Assembly: GCA_013265495.1 (NCBI GenBank)
Contig: MU061579.1
Location: forward strand, 3,851,749 to 3,915,748
From: Vicugna vicugna
Taxonomy: Eukaryota
Length of the DNA stretch: 64,000 nucleotides
Direction: 5' to 3'
In this document: one piece after another, positions 63,986 to 64,000 of the stretch
Position numbering within the stretch: position 1 is the stretch's first letter
How the letters are laid out: each line of letters opens with the position of its first letter
Program-made: the position numbers and the translations under genes
The notes under the pieces: model-generated
Database searches by the model: none
Told to the model about the DNA's origin: nothing
The model's input: the letters and a program-made list of their open reading frames with translations, nothing else

Positions 63986-64000
63986 TCTAAATTAATATGT

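Noticed and set aside
1..64000. Identification of a host gene, tRNA/rRNA/snRNA genes, NUMT or CpG-island promoter
   Set aside because: None recognisable; CpG is depleted throughout and TE orientation shows no clear strand bias.

Overview
AT-rich, CpG-poor mammalian genomic DNA with no recognisable protein-coding gene. It is probably intergenic or deep-intronic, since LINE/LTR orientations show no clear strand bias. The young L1 3' UTR type and the lack of Alu, B1/B2, Bov-A/tA, PRE-1, CAN and ERE SINEs suggest a cetartiodactyl, most likely a camelid; this is inferred from recalled consensus sequences. Much of the window is interspersed repeat: old L2, MIR, MER5/20/58, MaLR, ERVL and ERV1 LTRs, old and young L1 fragments, and a young solo LTR with a 6-bp TSD. 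The only ORFs I recognise are L1 ORF2 (89-607) and L1 ORF1 (50605-50814) remnants; the rest look spurious. I found no convincing new multi-gene system. The most interesting structures are genome-rearrangement fossils visible directly in the sequence: (1) an L1 3' transduction carrying 220 bp of foreign DNA inside a perfect 16-bp TSD (59326-59777); (2) a ~1.5-kb retrocopy of an unidentified, apparently LTR-polyadenylated non-coding transcript (47163-48661); (3) an inverted locally templated insertion inside a 34-bp duplication (53616-54241); (4) two L1s with tiny twin-priming 5' inversions; and (5) a candidate 24-nt microexon with a perfect TACTAAC branch point. Repeat subfamily names are by-eye recall, and boundaries of old elements are approximate.
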